Assembly (NCBI GenBank): GCA_002633005.1 | Contig: NMRA01000189.1 | Span: 486,339 to 550,338, forward strand | Origin: Phoronis australis | Taxonomy: Eukaryota; Animalia; Phoronida | DNA length: 64,000 bases | Direction: 5' to 3' | Part shown: positions 12,969 through 25,337 of the stretch, one piece after another | How positions within the stretch are numbered: the first letter of the stretch is position 1 | Layout of the letters: each line of letters starts with the position of its first letter | The notes under the pieces: model-generated | Told to the model about the DNA's origin: nothing | The model's database searches: none | The model's input: the letters and a program-made list of their open reading frames with translations, nothing else | Program-made: the position numbers and the translations under genes

Positions 12969-13100
12969 CAGTGACGGATCTAGGATACCATAAGGGGGGA
13001 CATGTTGCCTCGGGGAATTGGGCAAAGCGCGACTGTATGTGCACAGGCGGCCCGAAAGTTGCGGGGGCCGAGTATGTGGAACTTCTGTCTAGAAAATCTA
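12969..13100 (+). mobile_element. Truncated left end of the 5-bp-TSD family
   Basis: CAGTGACGGATCTAGGATACCATAAGGGGGG matches the 53645 terminus. Confidence 0.65.
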
Positions 13101-13189
13101 TCGGTGGACTAAAAAAACGAGTTACAACTATTATTAAAATCTTAAAACACACTGGGTCGGCGGCTGACAAAAGCCAAACCAAGAACCGA

Positions 13190-13450
13190 CATGGGGAATC
13201 ATATGTCGGTGAGACATTGAGACCGCCGGAAATGAGAATTGCTGACCATAAGAGGTGTTGTAGAGAAGATAATACCCCATGAGGAGTAGCAAAACACATG
13301 TGGTCGAAACGACACAATATCCAGTGGAAAAACATTCCAATACTAGACAGTGAAACAGGATGGACCAAGAGAAAGACCAATGAAGCCATGTTCATGAAAG
13401 TACAAAGCGATATCTTCAGTCAGCCAAGCAACCAACCAAGTGGCACCTGA
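13190..13450 (+). pseudogene. Second Penelope-like GIY-YIG endonuclease fragment (different family)
   Basis: GESYVGETLRPPEMRIADHKR..*GVAKHMWSKRHNIQW..ILDSETGWTKRKTNEAMFM with one internal stop. Confidence 0.85.
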
Positions 13451-13512
13451 CTCAGTCTACTTAGGAAGGTTTAAGTTTTGTTAAATTCCCTCTACTGAAG
13501 TGAATGGGTGAC

Positions 13513-13582
13513 TCCGTGGTGTAGGGGTTAAGGTCAAAATATCTGTAGTTTCAGACGTCGGGGGTTCAAATCCTTCCTCGGA
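13513..13582 (+). ncRNA. tRNA-derived (Tyr-like) Pol III head / SINE-like sequence
   Basis: A box TGGTGTAGGGGT (13517-13528), CTGTAG anticodon-like loop, B box GGTTCAAATCC (13563-13573), TCCG/CGGA ends, then (ATATA)n. Not a canonical cloverleaf. Confidence 0.65.
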
Positions 13583-13663
13583 CAATATAATATAATATAA
13601 TGAAAAAATCACACCATGATGAAAGTAACAGTGTCCCTGCTCGCTCTTCTAAGAACGCAGGAA

Positions 13664-13705
13664 CACCTGACGATGGCCGGAGAATAGACCGACCGAAACG
13701 TCGTG
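13664..13705 (+). ncRNA. Minimal type I hammerhead ribozyme
   Basis: CAC-CTGACGA-tGGCCGG(agaataga)CCGACC-GAAAC-GTC-GTG: full core, 6-bp stem II with one mismatch, palindromic ACGT stem III, CAC/GTG stem I; predicted cleavage after 13702. Confidence 0.8.
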
Positions 13706-14982
13706 ACAGTGTAAATAGACAAGGGGTCGGTGTAAATAGACCAAGAGATTTTAATAATAGTTGTTTCTACAATCGATGTAGGGCTTGTAGGCCATTGAAG
13801 TTTGAGCCGCTGTCTACACGACATTCGTAAAATTTACATTCGATTTAGAAATCGTTATGAAATCAATCTAGTCAAAACACTGAGGTGATTTCTGGAAACC
13901 GAAATTTCTCAATATCTAGTTCTTTTTGCCATGCCTATCAAAGGAAAAGGCCAGTGCATACTCTCTTGGTACACGTTAACATAAATTTAGAGCCTAGTAG
14001 AAGTGACAACGTGCCGATGTATGCTTACAAGTCGTTCTGTAAAAAAATCTGTGACCCAATAACATAATTATGTGCTCAAACAAAGCCAAACTGAGCTCTT
14101 GCTTATAAATTTTGATTTTGATATTGGCATGACAACTTTTGGCTCACGGGCAAACTCGGTGCAGCAAAAAGTACAACTCGCTTGAATTTTGATTTTGCAA
14201 GTGATAATGTACTTTAAATGCTCTTCTGGGTCAATTAGCTACAGCCTACACGCATGGCTTCCTAATAACAATGAAACAACAAGGAGTAAAATCAGAACAT
14301 CTTTTATCTTAGTAATGAATATTTTTTTAAGTATTTCACGTCTCACATGTGTCATGATTATGAAACAACACTGAACTTGACAACTGTAGTTGTGTCATTC
14401 AGATACATGTACATGTACATGTATGTTACCTCAATGATTTTTATCTACAGATCAAGACTTCCATCAAGTGTGAATCAGTTCAGGAGTTAACTTTGCCTTT
14501 TAAGTTGTTTCAATTTTTATCACCATTAAGGTTCAAGCTAAAAACGGCCAAACGAGTATCGTATTGTCTCAAAGCTCTATTTGACTCGGGCAGCGCCATG
14601 CGTAATAAGACAACTTAATTGGCAATATATTTTCATCCCAAAGTACAGTATTAATGTTCTACATATATACAAATTGTTTATCCCGTTGACTCTCATCTAT
14701 TTGAACTAATATCACATCCGTAGTACGCCAATCCATTTCAGTTGTTAATGTTACTAATCCATCAGTTTTCTATTTGCAAGATTTAGCCTAACTCAATGCA
14801 ATTAAATTAGAGGTGGTGGAAATTTTCATGCCTACCCTAGTGTTCATAGCTTTTGTCCTTACTTCATTACTTTTAGTCTATTCACGCACTTGTATATACT
14901 TCTTTTTCTCTTGTTAGATAAGCATGTTAACTATGAAATGTATGAATTTATCAGTATTTAACTACAGACATAATAATAATAA

Positions 14983-17900
14983 TTGTTCGGGTGTCTAGAA
15001 AACAAAAATACCCCACTGCTTTTCGTCTATATTACGCTCGACCTCACTCTTCTACTACGAAAGCGACCTCGAACTGAGCACTTACGTAATGTTTACTGCA
15101 CAATGAAGAACTCATGTTGTGATATCCGAGTTATCATTGAGCAAAGTCTTTTGACTGCTGGTGACATAGAGGTCAATCCAGGATCAGGCACTCAGGGTTT
15201 AGCCAGCTTCAAGGTCTTATTCACTAATATCAACAGTATCAAGGCGAACAATCTTTCAAGATTTGATCTTCTCAAGCAAGTTATTACAGACAACAATTAC
15301 ATGGTCATTGCTATATGTGAATCTGGAACACTGTCCGAAGACAACCTCAGTGCACTTATTATTCCAGAATACCACATTGCCTACCACACTAACGCCGGGA
15401 GGGGGTTGATCTTGTTTGTCCACAACTCCGTAAATTACAAAACAATTGATGATAAAATTATACAATCAATGAGTAACTGTTGGATTGAACTTTACGTCAA
15501 CCACAAAAAGGTATATTACGGTTTTTTCTATCGCTCACCCTCACAGACGTCTCATGAACGGAAAGCATATTTCAAAACCTTTTCAGAACAATTGCAAGAA
15601 CTCTCTCAAACTAATAAAACAATTGTTATCAACGGGGATTTCAACGCAAGAAATAGTACTTGGTACTCTGAAGACAATGACAACCAAGCCGGTCTCGAAT
15701 TATTCGATATTCTCCTCACAAATGACTGTATACAACTAATAAACGAGCCGACACGTTTAACAGAGTATTCACATTCTTGCCTTGATTTATGTATAACAAA
15801 CAATCTCGGATTAATTGAATCCACTTCTGTAAGGCCTCCCATTGGTAACTCAGACCACCACGTTATAGAAACAACATTCACACTCAACTGCGCACCTAAA
15901 GAACCAGACATTATGAAGAAGATCTGGAATTACAACCTCATTAACATGGACAAACTGCGCTCTGACATAACCACATTCAACTGGACTGAAATACTTAACA
16001 AAAGTGACATAAATGACGCAGTCTCAATATTCACACAGTCACTCTACAACATATTAGATAATAATATCCCATCAACCATGAAAACAATAAAAAACAAGAA
16101 CAAACCGTGGTTCAACAGTAACATTAAGTCTGAAATAAATAAAAGAAATAAACTGTACAGATCCTTCAGAAGATCAAATAACCCATGCACGTTCAAGTGC
16201 TACAAAGAACAGTGCAAGAATGTGGAAGAACTAATTAAAAAGACAAAACAAGACTATAAGATGAAAGTTATCTCCAATATCAAAAATGTCTCCAAAAATT
16301 CTAAGGAATATTGGGATATAGTAAACAAAATTCGAGGACAGGTAAAGCAATTATCATACCCCACTATCCACTCAAAAGAATCCAACTCTCAGGCGTCATC
16401 CAAAGCCGATAAAAGTATCTTATTTCTCGACTACTTCACTGCCAAGAGTCACATTGCACCAACAATAAACTATCCAGAATTCCCAAACAGAACATTAGAA
16501 CACCTCTCTTACGTAGAAGCCCAACCATCTGAAGTCAGAAAACTACTAGAAAACATTGACGAAAACAAAAACGACGGTACCAATCTCATAACCAATAAAA
16601 TGATCAAGATAATAGCAATAGAGCTTACACTTCCTCTGACAACATTATACAACAAAATACTACAATCTGGAAAATTTCCTTCCAACTGGAAGCTTGGCGT
16701 TATGATACCAATACACAAAAAGAACTCCAAAACAGACATTGCCAACTATCGCCGCATAACTCTACTTAACACCTTATCCAAAATTTTAGAAAAAATCATT
16801 TCCCAGCACATGTTTGAACACCTCTCTTCACAAAACCTCATATATCGTCGCCAATTTGGATTCATGCCTGGTAACAGCACTGTGTCTCAACTTACAGAAA
16901 TTGTACACGACATCCACCTCCAGTTTGAGCAAGGGTACAACGTGAGATCCGTATTTTTAGACATTGCGTCAGCTTTTGATGTCGTTCCCCATGACCTGCT
17001 TCTACATAAATTACAATCTTACGGTTTCTCAGGCACTCTCCTCTTACTTTCAAAATCATATCTGGAAAATCGAACTTACAAAGTCCGAATTGAGGGTGTC
17101 TTATCACCTTCATCAACGCCAGGTTTCGTAAATGCTGGAGTACCACAGGGTAGCGTACTAGGCCCCTTACTCTTTTTACTGTACATCAATGATCTTCCAG
17201 ACGCGATAAGCTCTAAAACATTCTTAAATGCTGATGACACTGCAATTTTCCACCCATTCTCAAAAGAGCATCCCATGACTCCTTACAATTGCAAACTGAC
17301 CTTAACAAACTCTATGACTGGTCTCACAAATGGAAGATGAAATTTAAACCTGAAAAAGTGTTGATCTTATATTTTCTAAGTCTAATAATACTCATTTCCA
17401 AACAAATCCAACACTGGAATTATCACTCAATGGGGAAGTTATTCCCAATAACTTCACGCACAAACATCATGGCTTGCTACTCGACCATAAGCTTACATTT
17501 ACTCCTCATTGTGGCGATTTCGTTCAAAAAGTACAAAAATTAATTAATCCGATTAGAATTATCTCTCGTCATCTCAACCGCTTGCATCTTGAAACTCTGT
17601 TCAAGTCTTTTGTACTTCCACATCTAGATTACTGTGACATAATCTACCAATCGGCAAACGCTGGCATACTTCTTCAATTAGAAAGACTACAATACCAAGC
17701 AGCTTTAGCCATAACCGGGGCATACAAAGGGTCCAACACAATCAAGGTTCTAAATAGTCTTCACTGGAGCAAACTAGCAACCCCTCGTAAACTCCACCTG
17801 TCCATGTATACATTCAAACAATTACTCTAACAAAATCCTCTTTGACTCGTACAAAAGACCAAGCACGAGACCAGGACTCCGGCAAAACAATATGTATACT

Positions 17901-19429
17901 ATTCCAGCCTCCATCAGCCAAGCCTTCAGAAGATCAACGATATTAACTTTTATACCACAATATTAGCGTCAAATGGCAGATACAACCGTGTAATAACCCA
18001 TAAAGTTATCTCACTAGTGAGATAACGATTTGGCGGGAAACCGAGGACGGGGTCGAACCCGGGACCCTAATATTGCTGGTCGCCGACTTTAACCACTACA
18101 CCACTCAGCGACTGACGTCATCAAGTGTGAAAATAGAATACTTAAATGAGCACGCGCAATAATCGCACGTTCAACAAACCGCATTGTATTGTACTTATAC
18201 GCTCCGAAAAATAAGACACATAATTTCCATAAAAATGATATCTTAATTCAGTGAATTTTTTCTCTCATGTCCTCTTNNNNNNNNNNNNNNNNNNNNNNNN
18301 NNNNNNNNNNNNNNNNNNNNNNNNNNNNNNNNNNNNNNNNNNNNNNNNNNNNNNNNNNNNNNNNNNNNNNNNNNNNNNNNNNNNNNNNNNNNNNNNNNNN
18401 NNNNNNNNNNNNNNNNNNNNNNNNNNNNNNNNNNNNNNNNNNNNNNNNNNNNNNNNNNNNNNNNNNNNNNNNNNNNNNNNNNNNNNNNNNNNNNNNNNNN
18501 NNNNNNNNNNNNNNNNNNNNNNNNNNNNNNNNNNNNNNNNNNNNNNNNNNNNNNNNNNNNNNNNNNNNNNNNNNNNNNNNNNNNNNNNNNNNNNNNNNNN
18601 NNNNNNNNNNNNNNNNNNNNNNNNNNNNNNNNNNNNNNNNNNNNNNNNNNNNNNNNNNNNNNNNNNNNNNNNNNNNNNNNNNNNNNNNNNNNNNNNNNNN
18701 NNNNNNNNNNNNNNNNNNNNNNNNNNNNNNNNNNNNNNNNNNNNNNNNNNNNNNNNNNNNNNNNNNNNNNNNNNNNNNNNNNNNNNNNNNNNNNNNNNNN
18801 NNNNNNNNNNNNNNNNNNNNNNNNNNNNNNNNNNNNNNNNNNNNNNNNNNNNNNNNNNNNNNNNNNNNNNNNNNNNNNNNNNNNNNNNNNNNNNNNNNNN
18901 NNNNNNNNNNNNNNNNNNNNNNNNNNNNNNNNNNNNNNNNNNNNNNNNNNNNNNNNNNNNNNNNNNNNNNNNNNNNNNNNNNNNNNNNNNNNNNNNNNNN
19001 NNNNNNNNNNNNNNNNNNNNNNNNNNNNNNNNNNNNNNNNNNNNNNNNNNNNNNNNNNNNNNNNNNCACTCGAACAATACCCCAATGTTTATAAAAAATA
19101 TTCTGAAATTCCGCAATTGTACAACAAAATTAATTTCTTTCTATATGGATGTCAAGAACTTAACTCAAACGAAAATAAGGTTTTATTTGAAATAGTATCA
19201 GAATTTCTTTATAACATTAAATCTCTTTGTGTGAGTGGATAGAATTTTATACATCTGTTGTCTTTTTCATTGTATTCTTAACATCAGTGTTTTTTATTTA
19301 TGTATTCGTATATAGTCATTGTATATAGACTTTTTTGTATTTTTTTTACCCAGATCTAATGCCTCTTGACGCTTTCTGGGTTATGTATATTCACTGTATT
19401 CTGAAGATTTCGTAATAAACATTAAAAAA
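14983..19429 (+). mobile_element. CR1-group LINE ORF2 (APE + RT), decayed, with an insertion and an assembly gap
   Basis: APE motifs NINS, CES, GDFN, SDH; RT motifs [41 protein letters not shown]; YADD mutated to NADD; frameshifts after about 17290; C-terminal FLYGCQELNSNENKVLF after the gap; AATAAA and A-tail near 19415-19429. 5' boundary not defined. Confidence 0.92.
17948..18276. mobile_element. Insertion in the CR1 3' region with a perfect palindrome and tRNA-like segment
   Basis: Starts tttataccac; GTTATCTCACTAGTGAGATAAC at 18005-18026; minus-strand TGGTGTAGTGG...GGTTCGACCC at about 18045-18110; right end lost in the gap. Confidence 0.55.
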
Positions 19430-20248
19430 TGGAAACCTTAAACGAGTCATAACCAAGATGGGTCTCATTCTCGTCTCGTATACCGCAAAAGGCTTCTGGC
19501 CACCTCCTTACTTTTTATGGTCTCGAGCAATAACGATCTATCAGAAATTTAGTCTTTCACTTCGCACAATTACTCCTGAAAAAATAAACTCACTTAAGCA
19601 ATAGTTCAAGGCATCTTAGAGTATACGTATAACTACAAGTTCTACACTCTGATGCGCCCATTAACTATATATGACGTCAAAGGCAAAAAAGTGAAACAGG
19701 CGACACTGGGAAGGTACCACAATGACAATAAGTGCTTCGAGAGGTACCCCTACAAAAAATAAAACTTGTGGCAATGGAAGAGGAACAGGTTGAATACGTG
19801 GCTCCATAAAATGATGATATTGAACTGATACCGACTGAAATATAAACATCAAACCGCAATCTAAGAAACACAAGGTCAAAAGAAGTTCTAGAACACGACG
19901 CTTGGAAAAGACCTAGGTCGTCCGATAAACAGCATGTGCCTCTCCAGTGACATAGTTTGGGTAAACTACGAAAACGGAAGAAACGCATAATACAATAGAA
20001 ATTGCGAACAATGTGTGGAAGAATTAGAGCTGATGGATGCAGCAAAACACTTGGAAGATGGGATGTTTTTCAAGATAAGAGTCCTTAAAACTATCGAGGA
20101 CGTGATTGCTGCAGAGTTGTTTCAGCTTAAAACCTGTACGTGTAAACCCGTGAATGAATGTCGAGAGAACGTTTCTACTAAACGCCTAGTATATCAATTG
20201 TGTATGTGATATTGAAAAAGAATTCACATGGTAAGGCAGTGGAGATAA

Positions 20249-20720
20249 CAGCCTCGTCTCCAAACCTGAAGACGGCGCTGATCGGTTTAGCCATTTGAGG
20301 TTTGGTTATGGGAAACAAATGTGTCAGAATTCTGACGGAAATCGTCGTAACATGACGAGTAATATAACATTGAAAATTTCTGCAGGTAAAAATGAAAGTT
20401 AACGGTATATTACAGCAATTTAAGTCTAAATTATTGCAAAAATGATGTATTTTGATATGAAAACATTTTACATTTATTACCGTATACTATTAGTAAACAA
20501 GAATTGAAAATAAGTGCGCGAACAATCTTTATGTCAAACAACAACCAAAACAATGTCTTCTTCATGAATAGCAGCAACAACGCCTGTGAAAATAATTAAA
20601 ATGTGCCTGTGTTTTAAAGACGTCAAGGCAGTGGCCAATCATTGAGCAGAAGGTGTTTCACTGCCAAGCCTCAAATGGCTAAACCGATCAGCGACATCTT
20701 GAGGCTTGGGGACGAGGCCG
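20249..20720. mobile_element. MITE with ~57-bp TIRs and 9-bp TSD (AcademH-like or MULE)
   Basis: TGGAGATAA|CAGCCTCGTCTCC..CGCTGATCGGTTTAGCCATTTGAGG ... CCTCAAATGGCTAAACCGATCAGCG..GACGAGGCCG|TGGAGATAA. Confidence 0.88.
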
Positions 20721-20730
20721 TGGAGATAAT

Positions 20731-23700
20731 GGGGCTATTCGGAGAATTCTCCTCGCGGAGTCGCTGCTGTACTAGTGGTGATTGAATTGCGCATGCGTGG
20801 CTGTCTGCATGTAAACAACTGGTAAAAGATGGAATTTTTATCAAAATACGTCGTCGCGCTAAGCCTTATTACTGCTAATTTCCCTGGTGCAAGTCTTCGA
20901 CAGGTGGCCACAAATTCCCAAAAGACCTAAGGTTACTATATTCGTGGACAACTGCGGTCAACAGGGTCAACTAACTGACAAAAAGTGTGTGGATGCTGAA
21001 GCCCCGTGTGTGCTCTATGTCTATGCAGTTCCATTCGGAGACTACACAACATTACTTGGTAAGTTTTTAGCAATCAGTTTCTATCAACATCGTTCGGTGA
21101 TGTTATCCCCACCAGTTACCCCACTGAATAACAGTTTTATTGAGTGGAACTAAGTGTTTCTTTTTGGAAACTCACCCGATGCCGGGTAGGCTAGCAGCAC
21201 ATATTCATATTGTCCTGGGTGGGAGTGCTCCCAAAATAAGAGGTGTATGGTACGTGATGCACAGAAGTCAAGAGTGACTTTTTCACAGCAGTTTCTCTTC
21301 AAAACTATGCTGTTTCCAATAAAATTCTCTAGATGAGTGAGTTTCCTTATTTTATCGTGGACCCCACCCCCAGGACCACCAGCTCAGTTATCGAATTAAC
21401 ATGAATAAGCCTTAATTCAGTAAATGTCGTAACATTGCATTGGAAAAAAATTGACACCTAGAATGAATTTTACTTGTTGAGATCAGAAGCACATTTTAAG
21501 TGTCATGAAAAATACACATTGTTAAATCACTTTTAGCCTGTTTCACATATTTTAATTCAGATATTAAATAAGACTTGGGTACAAAGGTTATTAGTTTCTA
21601 CACATAAACATGAAGATGAAATGTCAAGTATGTTCTGCCTTACAAAAGTAGTTTTGTCTTGTCTTTTCTTTTACAATTTGCTAATATTTCTATTCTGTTA
21701 CAGGCAAGAAAAAACAACTGAAACCAACCGCCTGACCATCTATTTCACCGTTGGACAAAGTGAAAAGCAATCCTTCAGCAATAACCTGAGAGAATTGAAC
21801 GTAATTCAGAAATTCAGCACCTGATATGCCTGATTATGGACTCCCTCGCAATGTTGTTTCTTTCTGTGCTTTTTCAGTTTGCCATTTGTTTTTAAATACA
21901 CTGATAATTGTTTATTCTCGAATCTTGTGCATAGCAGATTCTTATCCAGCTAGCTACAATTGAAAACATACAATAAGACAATCGATGCAGTCACTGAATG
22001 TCATTTCCCCATAATCTGTACCAAATTGAAAAGTTTTTACCAATAGTATAAAGCCTTTCTTCTGAAAGGAAAATTTAATGTCACTCAGCTTTTGGCTTTC
22101 ATTTCACTGGGTTCTAGTTTCAATGGCCTATAGAAGCGCTTGTAAAAAAGGTCCAGTTTCAACACGTGGCTTTCTTTCATGTAACCTCATTCAGCCTCAA
22201 TAACATCCACAATTAGACCCTTGAAGGTAAACACAGCAGCATATCACTTGAATCGTTTTGAGCCCAAAATCAGACTCTGAACTAGACCAGAGTGTGACTA
22301 GGTCTTCTTTAGCTTCAGTCCCTCATGTTTCTTCCAGGAAAGGAAATAAGCTATTGTCCACACATGACTCATTGCCTATGAAAGGGCATCCTCACCAACA
22401 AGGCTTATTTGTGTAGCAGTCAGATATAGTTCGTCTGGATACACAGACACTCCACTGGCACATTGTCTTATGGTAACTTAGTACTGCGATTCACATTTCT
22501 CCAGGGCCACTGACTTGCACATTGTGCCATGCAGCACTGCTGGTGTGTGGAAGTGCTGTGGGAAGAGAACGGAGTAACAAAGCTTGTCTATGATACAGCT
22601 TGAAGTGGCCTTAAAATGTCACTGAACCTGGAACAAATATTGAAATATGAATAATTAAGTACTCCAGATTGGATCAAAAATGTTATCCCTGTTTTTCAAA
22701 AATATATGGTGATTGGTCTACAGTTTCACATAAAAGTAAATAATTACTATTTTCAGAAACCAAGGGTGTATATAATGAGTATTGCATAAAACTGTGTCTT
22801 TATTTTTTATCCCTAGCCATAACAATTCTTTAAACGCATCACTTGTCTGTAAAATATACAAGTTTTTTGAGACAACTTCAAACCTTTGTTACCCATTTTC
22901 AAGCCTTTTTAATTTTGATACTTTCAGCAATTTTAAACTCAGATTACAGGTTCATGGGTCTGTCAAGCATACTTCTAGCCTAAGGTTGAGGGAACCGTTT
23001 TTCTTCTAATAGAAGATATGAAGACTTGGGTCATTTAAAAATGATGGATAATCTTTCTGTTGTTTAAGAGTAATTACAAATCGTAAGGCACCATCAAAAA
23101 TGCAATTTTCACAAAAATGGCAGTCATTTGAATTTATAACGACTTGCAACATTTCAAGGCATGAGTTAAGACTATTCAGTCACTGTGAATTCGGAAAATG
23201 TAATATATTTTCGTGGTTTTACAATTGATACAAGTAGCAAAACAGTTTCATGAAATCAACTTGAAGGGACTTCGTGAAGGTTAAGAATTACCTCACCATG
23301 CTCTTTTCCCCAAACATGTATTACCTGTTATTTCCACACATTCAGTTGTACCAAATATTACAACCCCCCATGCCAATCCCCCCTCAGGACCTGAATAAGT
23401 AATTTAACAAAATGACTTTAAAAATAGCTGTTCCTTTTCAAAGGCTTTGTTCGTTGTCTCCAATATTGAAAGTAGGCTTTGACAACAGATCTGCACTGGA
23501 TGGGAAGATCTTGTTGGTTAGCTGCAGTCAAATGCTAAAAACCAATTTTTGTCCATTCAGGGACGGTGCAGAAGCGATGCATATCTCCTCTGCACGGTAC
23601 AAGCCTTCAAACCTAAAAACCAAAGGTTACGTGAAAACTGACGTGATAGATTTCCATTTCAACGTGTAATAGATTTCCAGAAGACATATGATAGGGAGTA

Positions 23701-24241
23701 AACAAATAGTCTAATGCAATGGATATTTATCACTCACGTACCCTTTGCCATTGGGATTGGATTGTAATCTTAACTCATTAACCTGTATCGAGTTGACAGC
23801 ATAAACATTCAGCATTGATTGATGTAACTGTCACTGATAAACTTTTAGAAATCATTCCAAACAATAATAATGCTTTGATGTACGAAAAGATCCCGATTGC
23901 TACGTCAAGTATCGTATCACATATCACAACATACAAAGATTAACCAGACTCTGGCTGGCGACTGACTGCCGCGAAGTCGACATCGGCGAGTGCCTCAGTT
24001 AACAGGCATCGGTAGAATAATCATGGAATAATCGTTAAAATAATCACAAACCTTACCTTTGTATGAGGTCGTGCTTACTTCCTCTCATAGAAGCACCCTT
24101 TTTACGCAATCTCAGATTCAGTTGGCACGGCTGCAAGCCATTTCACCATGTATTTAAAGGGCTCGCGAAATCGAGGCTGTTAATCTATCACCACTAGTAC
24201 ACGCACGCCCTCTAGTTATTGTAGATTTTCCGAATAGCCCC
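20731..24241 (+). mobile_element. ISL2EU (PIF/Harbinger group) deletion derivative: THAP transposase remnant (+) and SAP/YqaJ gene remnant (-)
   Basis: AT|GGGGCTATTCGGA...TCCGAATAGCCCC|AT; THAP HKFPKD..W..AVNR..W...RVCS; minus-strand SAP-like LRKKGASMRGSKHDLIQR (about 24057-24120) and YqaJ-like FHTPAVLHG..LKLDLFY (about 22090-22630). Confidence 0.85.
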
Positions 24242-25134
24242 ATTGAGACACTTTTACATAAAGGACATTGCTCAGTGTACATTTACCAGTAAAAGCATGT
24301 GCGACCTGAGTGAAGGTATAAATTTTACAATTTATAATCGAGATATGAAATATGTGCCTGTAAATGATTTCGAAGATGAATCTGGGTTATTTTTGTTTCA
24401 AAAACACCAGCTGCCATTTTGGCTGACGAGATCAAAAACCTTGATTCACTGATACAAGTTAAAAATCCTTTCATCAACCTGACTACGTGTAGACTACGGT
24501 CTGAAAAATATTTTTTTCGATGCGGCCGAGATCAAAGAGTCTTGGGGCACACCCCTCTGTCACTTGCTGACATTTTACTCGGCGAGTTTGACTAACATCC
24601 CCACTGAAATCTCATGGCTAGAATGAAGATCCAATGTTATGGTGCATGTACAAATGACGAATACACTGACGATGACTGTGGATAAATCCGACCAGACGAA
24701 TTAAGCACGTGGTCACCTGTAAACTCTAATTTATATTTGAGATACGTGTACAACACATGCGCCGTCAGGGAAGAAACAAAACACCTCTCCAAACCATGCT
24801 GGGACAGTATGTCGATGGAAAGACGTGAAGCATAGAAGTACTGACAATTCTTAACAGTTCTGGGGCTCATACCGGCTACCTGGATGTGAAACGTTTTCGA
24901 CATCGTGTTCAGCCAGCAGAAGCTGGTATTGCAGTGCGATACTTGGTCGTTTTTCAGCTCAGCGAGTTTGTTGCGAACTGTCGTTGTCTCTTCAATTTGA
25001 ACTTGAGAACATGATCAATGTTGTGAAGCAGCTTGGAAAATCAGACAGAATATCTTTCGAGACTTTGACCCGTAAACTATCTGCGACATGCTTCTTGATG
25101 TTTGGAAAGAATGCATTAAGTGCTTGAATGTATC

Positions 25135-25206
25135 CATCGCTGGTTCCCTGCATGCTCAGCCCAGCCAGCTACCGCCCCACCTAGCGGCACGCAGGGAACC
25201 AGCGAG
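25135..25206. mobile_element. Tiny hairpin MITE; related half-element ends near 38627
   Basis: TCGCTGGTTCCCTGC...GCAGGGAACCAGCGA; flanks gaatgtatc/gagtgtatc resemble a 9-bp TSD. Confidence 0.65.
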
Positions 25207-25257
25207 GAGTGTATCCATCCAACTGCCTTAAGATCACATTTTTACTCTTTCCTTTTA

Positions 25258-25337
25258 GTGTAATATTCGTGTAAGAGAAACTTATATACAGAGCGTGGTG
25301 TAATATTCGTGTAAGTGAAACTTATATACAGAGCGTG
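25258..25337 (+). repeat. 40-bp direct tandem duplication
   Basis: gtgtaatattcgtgtaagWgaaacttatatacagagcgtg x2, one mismatch. Confidence 0.95.

Larger units (their letters stand above)
20015..25135 (+). pseudogene. Decayed Academ(X)-like transposase N-terminal region split by two insertions (pieces about 20015-20248 and 24242-25135)
   Basis: IEDVIAAEL..KTC; rejoining gives GKAVEIIETLLHKG; later LADEIK and VDYGLKN..DAAEIKESW. Superfamily assignment is inference. Confidence 0.5.

Noticed and set aside
13280-13282. Selenocysteine TGA in the PLE endonuclease
   Set aside because: The position fits a Ser (TCA to TGA) in the S-GVAKH motif rather than a Cys; no SECIS recognised.
13513-13582. Functional tRNA genes here and at 393, 18045, 53864 and 56930
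   Set aside because: A/B boxes are present but acceptor and anticodon stems do not form a canonical cloverleaf; all lie within repeats.
18243-19195. Long ORFs in the track across the first gap (likewise 27000-27781)
   Set aside because: Artefacts of N runs; only the flanking CR1 and THAP residues are real.
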